DNA from: Candidatus Saccharimonadota bacterium
GTDB taxonomy: Bacteria > Patescibacteriota > Saccharimonadia > Saccharimonadales > Saccharimonadaceae
Reading direction: 5' to 3'
Assembly (NCBI GenBank): GCA_002421785.1
Contig: DIRZ01000001.1
Coordinates: 120,001 to 152,000 of the forward strand
DNA: 32,000 bases
Within the stretch, counting starts at the first letter, position 1, and each line of letters starts with the position of its first letter. This document shows, piece by piece, positions 1 through 8,293 of this stretch. A model generated the notes under the pieces. That model had not been told where the DNA came from, searched no databases, and saw nothing but the letters and a program-made list of their open reading frames with translations. A program made the position numbers and the translations under genes.

Positions 1-545
1 ATGTCACCCTGCTCGGCTGGGCGTAGTCCCTTTTCATTAATGTCATACATATATGTTTTTTGTTCATCGAGGGGCCGTCCCGCAACATCACGCTCCAAGT
101 TCAGCTCATAGCCCGTCAGTTCAGCATAATGTATGTAGAACCACGCCTGTGTCAGTTGGAGCGGAATCGTCGACACATCGAGCCCCATATACACTTCGCT
201 CAACACTCCGTACCACTCTGGCTCGTCGATGTGTTCGCTGGCACGTGAGACCAAGTTAATCGCCTCGTAGCCAAACTGTAACCGGTCGTAATCTTCCAGA
301 ATATGACGATAAAAATGCACCAAGCGCGCCGACGTGAGTATACCAAGGTCTCCCTTGCCACTGTTTACCACGATGTCAGCAATGCCGAACAATTCAATAC
401 CGCCAGCTAGCTTGCTTTTCTCGCGCCGGACACCCTTCGCGATAACGCTTCGTTGTCCCAAGGGTGTAATCATTCGCAGTATTCGATCAGCTTCTCCGTA
501 ATTTGTCCGGCGTAGCACAATCGCCCTCGTTCGTTCAGCACTCAT
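1..545 (-). CDS. recO: DNA repair protein RecO, N-terminal 181 codons (the gene runs off the window's left edge)
   Basis: It is absent from the ORF track because no stop falls inside the window. Hand translation of the reverse strand from the ATG at 545 gives MSAERTRAIVLRRTNYGEADRILRMITPLGQRSVIAKGVRREKSKLAGGIELF..., open to position 1. This is a typical RecO OB-fold N-terminus. An ATGA overlap (542-545) links it to the upstream regulator's stop. Confidence 0.8.
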   Translation of the reverse strand, partial: MSAERTRAIVLRRTNYGEADRILRMITPLGQRSVIAKGVRREKSKLAGGIELFGIADIVVNSGKGDLGILTSARLVHFYRHILEDYDRLQFGYEAINLVSRASEHIDEPEWYGVLSEVYMGLDVSTIPLQLTQAWFYIHYAELTGYELNLERDVAGRPLDEQKTYMYDINEKGLRPAEQGD

Positions 546-916
546 GGCAACACCCTCCGTACTGCGGTTACAATGTCATCCGGGTGCATCGTGGTTTTAT
601 CGAGTACCGCCATCACCCCGTACTTCGCGAGGTTACCGTGCGGAATGTCACTTGCGCTGTTACTGCACACAATGATCGGGATATTCGCCAAATCACTATG
701 CGAGCGCATTTCGTGTAGTAGCACGATACCGTTCGGGCCGGGCATAAAGATATCTAGCACAATCGCGTGCGGATGATGCTTATCGATCATATCCATCGCT
801 TCAAGCGCATTGGCTGCAACAAATGGACGATAGCCCGCAATTTCGAGCGTACGGGAGTATTGCGACGCCAACCATCCGTCATCATCGACGATGAGAATTG
901 GCGCCAGTACGCTCAT
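542..916 (-). CDS. Receiver-only (CheY-like) response regulator, 124 aa
   Basis: Receiver signature residues are visible: the acidic pair in ILIVDDDGW, the phospho-acceptor Asp in AIVLDIFMPGPNG, IIVCSNS, and the Lys in AVLDKT. There is no output domain. ATGA overlaps occur at both ends (913-916 and 542-545). Confidence 0.85.
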   Translation of the reverse strand: MSVLAPILIVDDDGWLASQYSRTLEIAGYRPFVAANALEAMDMIDKHHPHAIVLDIFMPGPNGIVLLHEMRSHSDLANIPIIVCSNSASDIPHGNLAKYGVMAVLDKTTMHPDDIVTAVRRVLP

Positions 917-1641
917 AGCAACCTCAACTGAGCCGAAGACGACACATCCACATAAAACGTCGCGCCGTCGCGATGACGCATTGCCCCCACAGAGCCGTTC
1001 ATCGCTTCGGCAAACTGATGAGCAATGTAAATGCCCAGCCCGCTTGATTCTGGTCGACTATGGAGCGGTTGCGCATGGACCCCAAGGGAAGATCCGAGCG
1101 ACTTCCATAGGTTCGCCGGAAGCGCTGGCCCATAATCGCGAACGCCAAGTCGTACGTGTCCCCCAACGGTTTGAGCGCTTATTACGACAGCGGAATCCCC
1201 CTCACTGTAATGAAGTGCATTGTCGGCAAAATTAAGGAGGATACGGCGTAGTAGGTCGCGATTTGCGAGCGCCAGCAGCGGCCGCGAACGCTTAGCCAGC
1301 CGTAAGGTTCGCCCCTTCGCGGCATACAGCGGCTCAAGCTCATGCACCACCTCTTCGCACAGCGCCACGGGATTAAGTGGTTCAAGCTCAAATAGACTGT
1401 CTTCAAGCCGTGATGAACGCGTTAAGTTGGTCGTTAGCCGCAAGGCGCGCTCGCTTGTCAGTGTAATGCGACGCGCAAGCGTTTCGATATCCTTGGCGGT
1501 ATAGTCACCACTTTCTAGGCTGAGTGACAACTGCCGTATGAGCGCGAGTGGCGATTTAAGTTCATGGGCCGCTGCAACAAAAAGTGGCACTACGCTATCA
1601 GTAGTACCACCCGACATAACTTGTTGCTCTGGACCCTCCAT
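913..1641 (-). CDS. Soluble histidine kinase consisting only of DHp and catalytic domains, 242 aa
   Basis: The H-box AAAHELKSPLALI starts about 22 residues from the N-terminus. The N-box LLNFADNALHYS and the G-box-like SSGLGIYIA are present. There is no hydrophobic TM segment and no room for a sensor domain. Confidence 0.8.
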   Translation of the reverse strand: MEGPEQQVMSGGTTDSVVPLFVAAAHELKSPLALIRQLSLSLESGDYTAKDIETLARRITLTSERALRLTTNLTRSSRLEDSLFELEPLNPVALCEEVVHELEPLYAAKGRTLRLAKRSRPLLALANRDLLRRILLNFADNALHYSEGDSAVVISAQTVGGHVRLGVRDYGPALPANLWKSLGSSLGVHAQPLHSRPESSGLGIYIAHQFAEAMNGSVGAMRHRDGATFYVDVSSSAQLRLL

Positions 1642-1670
1642 ATGCTACGTCTAGTGTAGCACGAAACGGC

Positions 1671-2330
1671 CTATTCGTTGAACTTGACTGTTTTCAGAAT
1701 CGCTTCAAAATCAGGCAAGAAGACATCACCATCGGTCCTCAGGGTGAGCGTTCGATCCCGTATTTTTATTAGCACCGCGGTACCAACGATGTCTTTGTTG
1801 AAGTTCCCCGTCAAACGAGTACCCGTTCGATTGCCATCAACATACACACTCGACTTCAGGTCGCCTTTTTTAATCTGGCTAGCATATTCGTCTAGTGCTT
1901 TGTCGTAAATCTTTTGCTCGATAGTAATGCGCAGCGCAAACTTAGTTGTCTCGCTCACTGGCGGCACGATAACGGGGTTCAGATACGCCGCGTAGGTAAC
2001 TCCCCCACCCTGGCTGACATCACTTTCCTGAAATGCACTCCAGGTTTTCGGGTAATCAAACGACAAACGTCCATAGTCAGACGGGCCAACAAAGATTCGC
2101 AGTGGCTGCTTTTCTTTCTCCTCAAACTCTGCCTGCAATTTTTCCGAAGCCTTCAGGACTGCTTCCGCCGTTGCTTCTTCAATCTTCTGGTCAGTGTTCG
2201 TTTTTTGATCTATGTAATTCATGTAGGACCATATTCCAAACGAGCCAAACAATAGCACTAAAATCACCAGCGCAACAATCGTAAATACACTCCCGTTAAC
2301 TGACCCTCGCTCTAAATGTCGCTTATTCAT
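1671..2330 (-). CDS. Hypothetical membrane-anchored protein, 219 aa
   Basis: The ORF has a single N-terminal TM helix (VFTIVALVILVLLFGSFGIW), a charged helical linker and a ~130-aa extracytoplasmic domain. I recognise no family. Confidence 0.6.
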   Translation of the reverse strand: MNKRHLERGSVNGSVFTIVALVILVLLFGSFGIWSYMNYIDQKTNTDQKIEEATAEAVLKASEKLQAEFEEKEKQPLRIFVGPSDYGRLSFDYPKTWSAFQESDVSQGGGVTYAAYLNPVIVPPVSETTKFALRITIEQKIYDKALDEYASQIKKGDLKSSVYVDGNRTGTRLTGNFNKDIVGTAVLIKIRDRTLTLRTDGDVFLPDFEAILKTVKFNE

Positions 2331-2348
2331 GCTTATGATTATAGCGGG

Positions 2349-2861
2349 CTACTGCCCCCCTTGTAAAGGCGCCACCGTATAAAGGTAGTGCGCGCCCACC
2401 GCTTTTGCGGGAGCAATCCCCGGCACGTCAAACCCATAGGTAATAAACTGAAGCGTGTGACCAATTCGCGTTGCTTCCGCCTGGACCTTGTTGTACATTC
2501 TCGCGATGTCGCGCGCGTCTCCAAACGTATATACAACTGTTGTCTCCTGGGGTATGGCTGTCTGCCAAAAATTAGCCAAATGAATGCGTACTCCAGGATC
2601 GCGGCGTGACAAAAATCGTGCAATCGCCACTAAGACTGGGTGGATCTCATACCCAATCGCCTGCGCGCCATATGCGCGGGCTTCGCGTAGCACTACGCCG
2701 TCGCCCGACCCAATGTCTACCAGCACATCCGCGCTACTCAGCGGGTACAGCTCGGTAAATGCCACGCGCACATCACGCCGCTTTGATGGCACGTAGGGAG
2801 CGCCTGTAAACGCCACAAAGCCAATGGAAACTATTGCGACAAAAACGAGCCACCACCACAT
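2349..2861 (-). CDS. Small membrane-anchored class I SAM-dependent methyltransferase, 170 aa
   Basis: It has an N-terminal TM helix (MWWWLVFVAIVSIGFVAF) and SAM motif I VLVDIGSGDGVVL, followed by an acidic residue in GYEIHP. Confidence 0.65.
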   Translation of the reverse strand: MWWWLVFVAIVSIGFVAFTGAPYVPSKRRDVRVAFTELYPLSSADVLVDIGSGDGVVLREARAYGAQAIGYEIHPVLVAIARFLSRRDPGVRIHLANFWQTAIPQETTVVYTFGDARDIARMYNKVQAEATRIGHTLQFITYGFDVPGIAPAKAVGAHYLYTVAPLQGGQ

Positions 2862-2866
2862 GGGCG

Positions 2867-3073
2867 CTACGCGGCCTCGTCAAATTTTTGCTTCAGCACT
2901 GTAATTTCATTTTTTAGTGCCAATAGGTCTTTCTCAATATCACTCGCTAACTTCTCGGCTTCTTTGAACTTGCCAATTGCTTCTTCAATCTCAAAGTCTT
3001 CACCATCGAACCAGCTCACGAGCGTATCAAGTTCCGCCATTTTTGCGTTCAGGGTATTATTTGTTGCTGACAT
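2867..3073 (-). CDS. xseB: Exodeoxyribonuclease VII small subunit
   Basis: This is a 68-aa helical protein with the XseB-like core LDTLVSWFDGEDFEIEEAIGKFKEAEKL. It lies immediately downstream of xseA and overlaps it by 17 nt. Confidence 0.85.
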   Translation of the reverse strand: MSATNNTLNAKMAELDTLVSWFDGEDFEIEEAIGKFKEAEKLASDIEKDLLALKNEITVLKQKFDEAA

Positions 3074-4157
3074 GCGTCACCTCCGCTTGTATTAATTGTT
3101 GTGCCGTTTCTACTTCAATTGGCTTGCCTATCTGCGCCGAGCCTCGCACGATCGCATATCCCCGTAACAGCGCTTGCTTCGGGTTTAACTCAACAAGCAC
3201 GCGCCGTGTCGACATAAGCCTCTCTTCGTACTTTTGCCAACGCTGATCAATCTTCGTCCATGCCCGCTCAAGCGACTGTCGCGTTGCTATCTGGTAGGTG
3301 GCGACCGCGTGGTCAAGCCTATGCACAATGCCAAGCACTTTCTGGCGTGTCCAGCGGGCAATTTCGCGCTTATCTGGTACGACAATCTGCGCCGCGTTAC
3401 TCGGCGTCGCCGCGCGTACATCTGCCACCATATCAGCAAGTGATTGATCAACTTCATGCCCCACACCCACGAGTGTCGGAATGCGGCTCCCCGCAATTTC
3501 GCGCGCTAGCAACTCATCGTTAAATGCACTGAGGTCATCGGCGCTTCCGCCGCCACGAATAATCACCAACACCTCAGGTAGCTTCTCTTGCTCATTAAAG
3601 TAACGGATTGCCCTGATTATTTGATCAGGCGCCGCCTCACCCTGCACCTGTACATGCGCGACGTCCACCCTCACCCCGCCCCAACGGTCATTTAAAATTT
3701 TAACAAAGTCCACATACCCAGCAGCCTGAGTGCTACTAATCACTGCAATGTGCTGCGGCATCGGTGGCAGCGGTCGCTTGCGCTCAGGGCTGAACAGTCC
3801 TTCCTTGTCGAGCTTCGCGACAAGGAGTTCAAAGCTTTTCTTCAAACTCCCCTCTCCGCTCGGTCGAATCGATTGCACCGTTAAACTGAACTTACCCCAC
3901 TGGGTCACTTTTGGCACAGCCCTCACGACAACTTTCATGCCATCTTCGATTGGTATGCGCAGCTGCCAAACTGTCATAAAACACCCCACGCTACTATTGC
4001 CGTCTTTCAAATCAAAAAACACAAATTTATTCTGGTTCACCTTAAAGCTGGCAACTTCACCCTCAATTTCAACAAACGGGTAGGCGTACTCTAGCGTCTG
4101 ATTAACAACCGCTAAAAAGTCGCTGACACTAAATATCGGCGTCTGGTCGCTTGCCAT
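3057..4157 (-). CDS. xseA: Exodeoxyribonuclease VII large subunit, 366 aa
   Basis: The N-terminal OB fold FSVSDFLAVVNQTLEYAYPFVEIEGEVASFKVN is present. Catalytic-core motifs are VISSTQAAGYVDF, IIRGGGSADDLSAFNDE and GVGHEVD. Confidence 0.9.
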   Translation of the reverse strand: MASDQTPIFSVSDFLAVVNQTLEYAYPFVEIEGEVASFKVNQNKFVFFDLKDGNSSVGCFMTVWQLRIPIEDGMKVVVRAVPKVTQWGKFSLTVQSIRPSGEGSLKKSFELLVAKLDKEGLFSPERKRPLPPMPQHIAVISSTQAAGYVDFVKILNDRWGGVRVDVAHVQVQGEAAPDQIIRAIRYFNEQEKLPEVLVIIRGGGSADDLSAFNDELLAREIAGSRIPTLVGVGHEVDQSLADMVADVRAATPSNAAQIVVPDKREIARWTRQKVLGIVHRLDHAVATYQIATRQSLERAWTKIDQRWQKYEERLMSTRRVLVELNPKQALLRGYAIVRGSAQIGKPIEVETAQQLIQAEVTHVSNK

Positions 4158-5178
4158 ATTTCACCAATGCTTGCTGATAAAAGATATACCCACCAACGAT
4201 GGTCACGAATAAAATAATTGCTCGCGTTAGTACAATTCCCGCAATTGCTTCACCATTCGACATACCCGCAATAGCCAGCACCAACACCATCGTGGCCTCA
4301 TACGCGCCAGCGCCGCCAGGCGTCACCACCAAGAACCCTGTTACGCTTGCGAGTCCATAGGCAATCAATATCGGCGCAGGATTCACGGGCGACCCAAGCG
4401 CCCAAAACACAATGGTGAAGATAGCAATTTCGGTAATCGTAAAAAAGATTCCCCATAGGTATGGCCTAAGAAGAAGACCCTTTTCGCGCATAATACCCAA
4501 AAAATCTTCGTGCATCTCGTTCAAAAATTCATGCATCACACCATCGGCGACAACTCGCTTGAACCGCCCAAACGTCACACGTCGTACAAATGCGTTACAA
4601 ACGCGCGTCGCAATAACTGCAAACCTATCAATACGTACTTTGCTCCGAAGTAAAAAAGCACCGATCATCGTAGCGGCAACGAGGCCGAACACCAGCGTTG
4701 AACTCATCAGTATAATCCAGCGGTTCACTGTGCCGTCGATTGTTACGGCGATAACTGCTACGAAAAGCAACGAAACGATTGCCGCGAAGCCCGCCACATA
4801 GCGAACGGCCTGCGCCATCGTCGCCTTACCCGTCCTCACACCAAGCTTACTTAGGCGCCAATTGACGTATGATATTCCGCTCACGCCCCCACTGGGCAGT
4901 ACATGGTTCACGAAGTTCAGTTCCATTGAAATTCGCATCTGTGTCCATATACTCACGTGATCAATGAGTCGTTTCTGGCGCAGGTAGGAAAAAATCATCT
5001 CCCCAGCCGCCAAATAGCCAATCGCTGCCACTGGCAAAATAAGTGCAAGCACCCACAAATCAACACGGCCCAACATTTCCCAGGCTGTCGACAGCTCATG
5101 CCGCGAAAAATATACAATCACCGCAATGAATACTAGGGTTATGATGCTCATCCACGAGCGAAATGACAGACGTTTCAT
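4129..5178 (-). CDS. Polytopic membrane protein, flippase-like / lysyl-phosphatidylglycerol-synthase TM-region (UPF0104) family
   Basis: The protein is 349 aa with about 8 hydrophobic helices. Its length and loop pattern are typical of the UPF0104 family. Its 3' end overlaps the xseA start by 29 nt. Confidence 0.55.
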   Translation of the reverse strand: MKRLSFRSWMSIITLVFIAVIVYFSRHELSTAWEMLGRVDLWVLALILPVAAIGYLAAGEMIFSYLRQKRLIDHVSIWTQMRISMELNFVNHVLPSGGVSGISYVNWRLSKLGVRTGKATMAQAVRYVAGFAAIVSLLFVAVIAVTIDGTVNRWIILMSSTLVFGLVAATMIGAFLLRSKVRIDRFAVIATRVCNAFVRRVTFGRFKRVVADGVMHEFLNEMHEDFLGIMREKGLLLRPYLWGIFFTITEIAIFTIVFWALGSPVNPAPILIAYGLASVTGFLVVTPGGAGAYEATMVLVLAIAGMSNGEAIAGIVLTRAIILFVTIVGGYIFYQQALVKYGKRPDADI

Positions 5179-5186
5179 GTTATTCC

Positions 5187-5196
5187 TAGTATACTA
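5187..5196. promoter_or_regulatory. Palindrome TAGTATACTA with overlapping opposite-strand -10 boxes in a 23-bp divergent spacer
   Basis: TATACT on the plus strand (5190-5195) lies 6 nt before ATG 5202. TATACT on the minus strand (5193-5188) lies 9 nt before ATG 5178. Confidence 0.4.
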
Positions 5197-5201
5197 TACG
5201 T

Positions 5202-6359
5202 ATGCACATCGCAATACTTGGCCGCCAGCCAGCTCTCGGCATGGCCGAACTCGAACAACTTTATGGCTCAAGGGCCGTTCGGTGGTTTTCTGATACCACA
5301 GCGATTATCGACTCACCTGCCTTCGACTTCGAACGCCTAGGTGGTACCCAAAAGGCCGGCCGCGTTGTCAGCGAACTTAGGGGTGATTGGCGCCAAGTCA
5401 GCATGAAACTCGTCAGTGCCTATGCGCAGGCCTGGGCAGATCATGAGGGTAAAATTACCCTCGGTATCAGCGCGTACGGCTTCAAGACCACACCGCGGGA
5501 CGTCCAAAAAACCGGCATTATCCTCAAGGGCAAACTCAAAGAACGCGGCGTGAGCCTGCGACTCATCCCCAATACCGACATCGCGCTCAGTAGCGCCACC
5601 AGTCACCACAACAAGCTTGGCCTCAGCGATAATCACGTTGAGCTCATTGTGGTCCGTGGAGCCAACGGCGCTGCGATTATCGCCGAGAGCGTCGGTGCGC
5701 AGAACATTACCGCGCTGGCTGCTCGCGACCAAGGCCGCCCAAAACGCGATGCCTTTGTTGGCATGCTTCCCCCTAAACTTGCTCGAATGATGGTCAACCT
5801 CGCCCCAGTCAAAGCCGGCCGAATCCTCGACCCCTTCTGCGGAACGGGCGTCCTTCTCCAGGAAGCGGCGTTACTGGGCTACGACGTCTACGGTACCGAT
5901 CTTGTCCCGAAGATGGTTCAATTCACCCAGGCAAATTTGAACTGGCTTACCGATACTCACCATGTCACGCCCAACGTGACACTCGATACTGGCGACGCCA
6001 TGACGTACCAATGGCAAGCCCCCGTCAACGCTGTATCCTGCGAAGCATACCTTGGCCAGCCGTTTAGCGCTCCCCCGTCTCCAGGTAAACTTACTGAGGT
6101 TCGTGGCAACTGCAACCACATCATTAGCGAGTTCCTGCGCAACATTGCGCCGCAGCTAGCCCCTGGCACACCCCTCTGTGTCGCCGTGCCCGCATGGCGT
6201 GATAGTGCGGGGCGCTTCACCCATCTCCCCCTTGTCGACAGCGTTGGTTCACTCGGCTTCAACCGCACAACGCTTCGCCACGTCCGCGACGACCAGCTGT
6301 TGTATTACCGTGAAGATCAAGTCGTTGCCCGCGAGCTCCTGCTGCTCACCAAATGCTAA
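5202..6359 (+). CDS. SAM-dependent methyltransferase of the UPF0020 / Trm11-RlmL-like type, 385 aa
   Basis: Motif I reads ILDPFCGTGVLLQEAALLGYDVYGTDL. The canonical (D/N)PPY motif is not obvious; CEAYLGQPF sits at the expected place. The substrate is unknown. Confidence 0.6.
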   Translation: MHIAILGRQPALGMAELEQLYGSRAVRWFSDTTAIIDSPAFDFERLGGTQKAGRVVSELRGDWRQVSMKLVSAYAQAWADHEGKITLGISAYGFKTTPRDVQKTGIILKGKLKERGVSLRLIPNTDIALSSATSHHNKLGLSDNHVELIVVRGANGAAIIAESVGAQNITALAARDQGRPKRDAFVGMLPPKLARMMVNLAPVKAGRILDPFCGTGVLLQEAALLGYDVYGTDLVPKMVQFTQANLNWLTDTHHVTPNVTLDTGDAMTYQWQAPVNAVSCEAYLGQPFSAPPSPGKLTEVRGNCNHIISEFLRNIAPQLAPGTPLCVAVPAWRDSAGRFTHLPLVDSVGSLGFNRTTLRHVRDDQLLYYREDQVVARELLLLTKC

Positions 6360-6363
6360 TCAA

Positions 6364-6392
6364 TTGATTTATATCCATAAGCACTGTACTAT
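6364..6392 (+). promoter_or_regulatory. Sigma-70-type promoter upstream of the 6424 membrane-protein gene
   Basis: TTGATT (6364-6369), a 17-nt spacer, then TACTAT (6387-6392). Confidence 0.45.
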
Positions 6393-6423
6393 CATAGTAG
6401 CTAATTAAATAAAGGGGTCAAAG

Positions 6424-6972
6424 ATGACGACTGGTGCAATCGGTATGATGGTAGTAATGGTAATTTTCGTGTTACTTTTCGTCGGAGTTTTGCTCTTTGC
6501 AATCCCGGCTATCATTACCAACTGGCAGCTCTTCACCAAAGCCGGCAAACCAGGCTGGGCATCAATTATCCCCGTATATAACACGGTTGTTATGGCCCAA
6601 ATCGGCAAAAAACCCGAATGGATGGGTTGGGTTGCTGGTTTTGCGTCGATTTTTTCAGGCATGCTCGACGGTATCGGCGAAGCAGCAAATGACACCTACG
6701 TCACTCTCGCCTTCTCATCACTCAGCTTCATGATTAACATTGGCGCGCTTGTTCTTACTATCCTTATCCTCATTGGCTTCATCAAGCAGTATCGTCACGC
6801 CGCAGGCGCATCGACCGTCGGATTCTGGGTCTGCTACTTCCTCGTCCCGATTGCCGCAGTATTCATGGTTAAGAATATCGTTCACAAAGGCGCCACAGCC
6901 GACTATGCGCCCGCAACGCCACAACTTCCCGGCCAGCAGCCAGCGCCACCTTACGTGCCACCAGTAGCCTAA
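6424..6972 (+). CDS. Small multi-pass membrane protein, DUF5684-like, with a Pro-rich C-terminal tail
   Basis: The protein is 182 aa. Its motif WQLFTKAGKPGWASIIPVYNTVVMAQIGKKPEWMGW resembles the DUF5684 family. An AGGGG Shine-Dalgarno (SD) sequence lies 6 nt upstream of the ATG. Confidence 0.6.
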   Translation: MTTGAIGMMVVMVIFVLLFVGVLLFAIPAIITNWQLFTKAGKPGWASIIPVYNTVVMAQIGKKPEWMGWVAGFASIFSGMLDGIGEAANDTYVTLAFSSLSFMINIGALVLTILILIGFIKQYRHAAGASTVGFWVCYFLVPIAAVFMVKNIVHKGATADYAPATPQLPGQQPAPPYVPPVA

Positions 6973-6985
6973 CGACCCCCGAGCC

Positions 6986-7010
6986 AAAGAAAAACCCCGA
7001 TTTCTCGGGG
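6986..7010 (-). terminator. Rho-independent terminator downstream of the high-GC gene
   Basis: The stem is CCCCGA / TCGGGG (6995-7000 and 7005-7010). On the minus strand it is followed by TTTTTCTTT (complement of 6986-6994). A second 7-bp hairpin lies at 7040-7058. Confidence 0.5.
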
Positions 7011-7068
7011 TGGGAAGGATTCGCTCCTTGCCTTAGCGGGGTATGTTAACCACATACCGCCTCAGTGA

Positions 7069-7836
7069 TTACCGACCCGGATCCGCGTCCGTTGTCACGG
7101 GCGACTCTGGGTCCGCCGGCATGGTGGGCGCCGGCATCGGATACCGGTCGACCGGAGGCGTGGGCACCATCTGGCACTCCTTGCCTTCGCAGTTCGGCTG
7201 AGGCGGCGTGGGCCGGGAACGATTCCCGCACATCGCATCTCGCGTCGCGTTGAAGCTGGCGCTCTGGCCTACCAGATCGGTGAATACCACACGTGCAGCA
7301 CTGCGCTGCTGGTCGCTGGGCACATCGAGTGCGCACAGGTACGCAACCGCAGCGGCAGCCTGAATGGACTTTGGCGCATCGTCTGCCGTGTACTGGCCGA
7401 CGTAGTCACGCACCAGCTGCTCCGCGGCAAGCTGCTTGGTAGCAGCTACCTCGTAGCGAGTGTACTCTCCGGGAGTCATGCAGATGCGCATGCCCTTGTC
7501 CGCGCCCAGGCCGTCGTAGACGCTCATGCCGCTAGGCACGGTCATCTGCACGCCGGGAAGGCTCTCTCCCCAGCACAGATCGCGCGCAGTGTCCTCGTCG
7601 AAGTACTCGACCGGAGTGGGCGTGGAGGTGGGGGTCGGGTTGACCGCGGTAGACCGAGTGACGCTCACCGGAGGCTGCGACACGTTGTCCTCGGGGGAAC
7701 CCCCGCCTGCCACGAAGTGGTTGTAGGCGAAGATGCCGAGGGCGCCGATCACGAGCACGGCGATGACTGCTGCCCAGAGGGGGCTCCTCTTGGGCTCGAT
7801 GATGCCGTTCTGGTTCATGTAGGAAGGTTCAGACAT
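7069..7836 (-). CDS. High-GC, probably horizontally acquired, membrane-anchored Cys-containing Pro/Thr-rich surface protein, 255 aa
   Basis: This is the only frame with strongly G/C-biased third codon positions. It has a TM anchor (SPLWAAVIAVLVIGALGIFAY), a PTPTSTPTP linker, a ~150-aa domain with 6 Cys, and a Pro-rich tail. An AT-rich upstream region carries TATAAT and a purine-rich SD-like stretch (GAAAGAGAGAG). Confidence 0.7.
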   Translation of the reverse strand: MSEPSYMNQNGIIEPKRSPLWAAVIAVLVIGALGIFAYNHFVAGGGSPEDNVSQPPVSVTRSTAVNPTPTSTPTPVEYFDEDTARDLCWGESLPGVQMTVPSGMSVYDGLGADKGMRICMTPGEYTRYEVAATKQLAAEQLVRDYVGQYTADDAPKSIQAAAAVAYLCALDVPSDQQRSAARVVFTDLVGQSASFNATRDAMCGNRSRPTPPQPNCEGKECQMVPTPPVDRYPMPAPTMPADPESPVTTDADPGR

Positions 7837-7948
7837 GCAACTCTCTCTTTCGTCGGAATATGTCTTGTAGTTTCATTATAGCATAAATAGCATTAAATGT
7901 CAATCGTTTACCCTTGTTGCGCTCCTGCCGCACTCCCCTTTTTACCCC

Positions 7949-7977
7949 TTGACTTGGGTGGGATTTTCCCGTACAAT
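7949..7977 (+). promoter_or_regulatory. Sigma-70-type promoter upstream of rpmA
   Basis: TTGACT (7949-7954), an exact 17-nt spacer, then TACAAT (7972-7977), located 33 nt upstream of the rpmA ATG. Confidence 0.6.
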
Positions 7978-8010
7978 GGAACAGATTATTTATATCAACT
8001 AAGGAGTTTT

Positions 8011-8283
8011 ATGTCACACGTTAAAGCAGGTGGTTCAAGCAAGAACATCCACAACAATGCCGGCGCCCGCCTTGGCGTCAAACGTTTTGGTGGCCAAGCC
8101 GTCACTGCCGGACAAGTTCTCGTCCGACAGACCGGTAGCACCAAGATTGCAGGTCCTGGCACATACATCAGCCGTAATTTCACGATTCACGCAGCTGTCG
8201 ATGGTATTGTTGGCTTCAAAAAAGTCAAAAAAGGCTCGTTCACAGGCCGCACCCACCCACGCACACAAGTTACGGTTCAGTAG
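8011..8283 (+). CDS. rpmA: 50S ribosomal protein L27
   Basis: The sequence MSHVKAGGSSKNIHNNAGARLGVKRFGGQAV... is a classic L27 N-terminus. An AAGGAG SD sits at 8001-8006. The ORF-track start at 7897 is an in-frame upstream extension. Confidence 0.95.
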   Translation: MSHVKAGGSSKNIHNNAGARLGVKRFGGQAVTAGQVLVRQTGSTKIAGPGTYISRNFTIHAAVDGIVGFKKVKKGSFTGRTHPRTQVTVQ

Positions 8284-8293
8284 TTCTGCTGAC

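Noticed and set aside
7046-7336. Additional ORFs (7046-7336 minus, 7065-7253 plus, 7526-7726 plus) inside the high-GC segment
   Set aside because: High GC content suppresses stop codons in all frames. Only frame 7069-7836 shows G/C-biased third positions and a sensible TM/linker/domain architecture.
7040-7840. High-GC segment as a metagenomic assembly chimera
   Set aside because: The segment is short, is flanked on both sides by native-composition sequence, and coincides with a single ORF that has a native-looking promoter and terminator. A chimera is less likely but cannot be excluded without read mapping, so it is kept as a finding with this caveat.
7897-8010. N-terminal 38-codon extension of L27 suggested by the ORF track
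   Set aside because: The extension would include the promoter (7949-7977) and the AAGGAG SD (8001-8006). The canonical L27 N-terminus begins at Met 8011.
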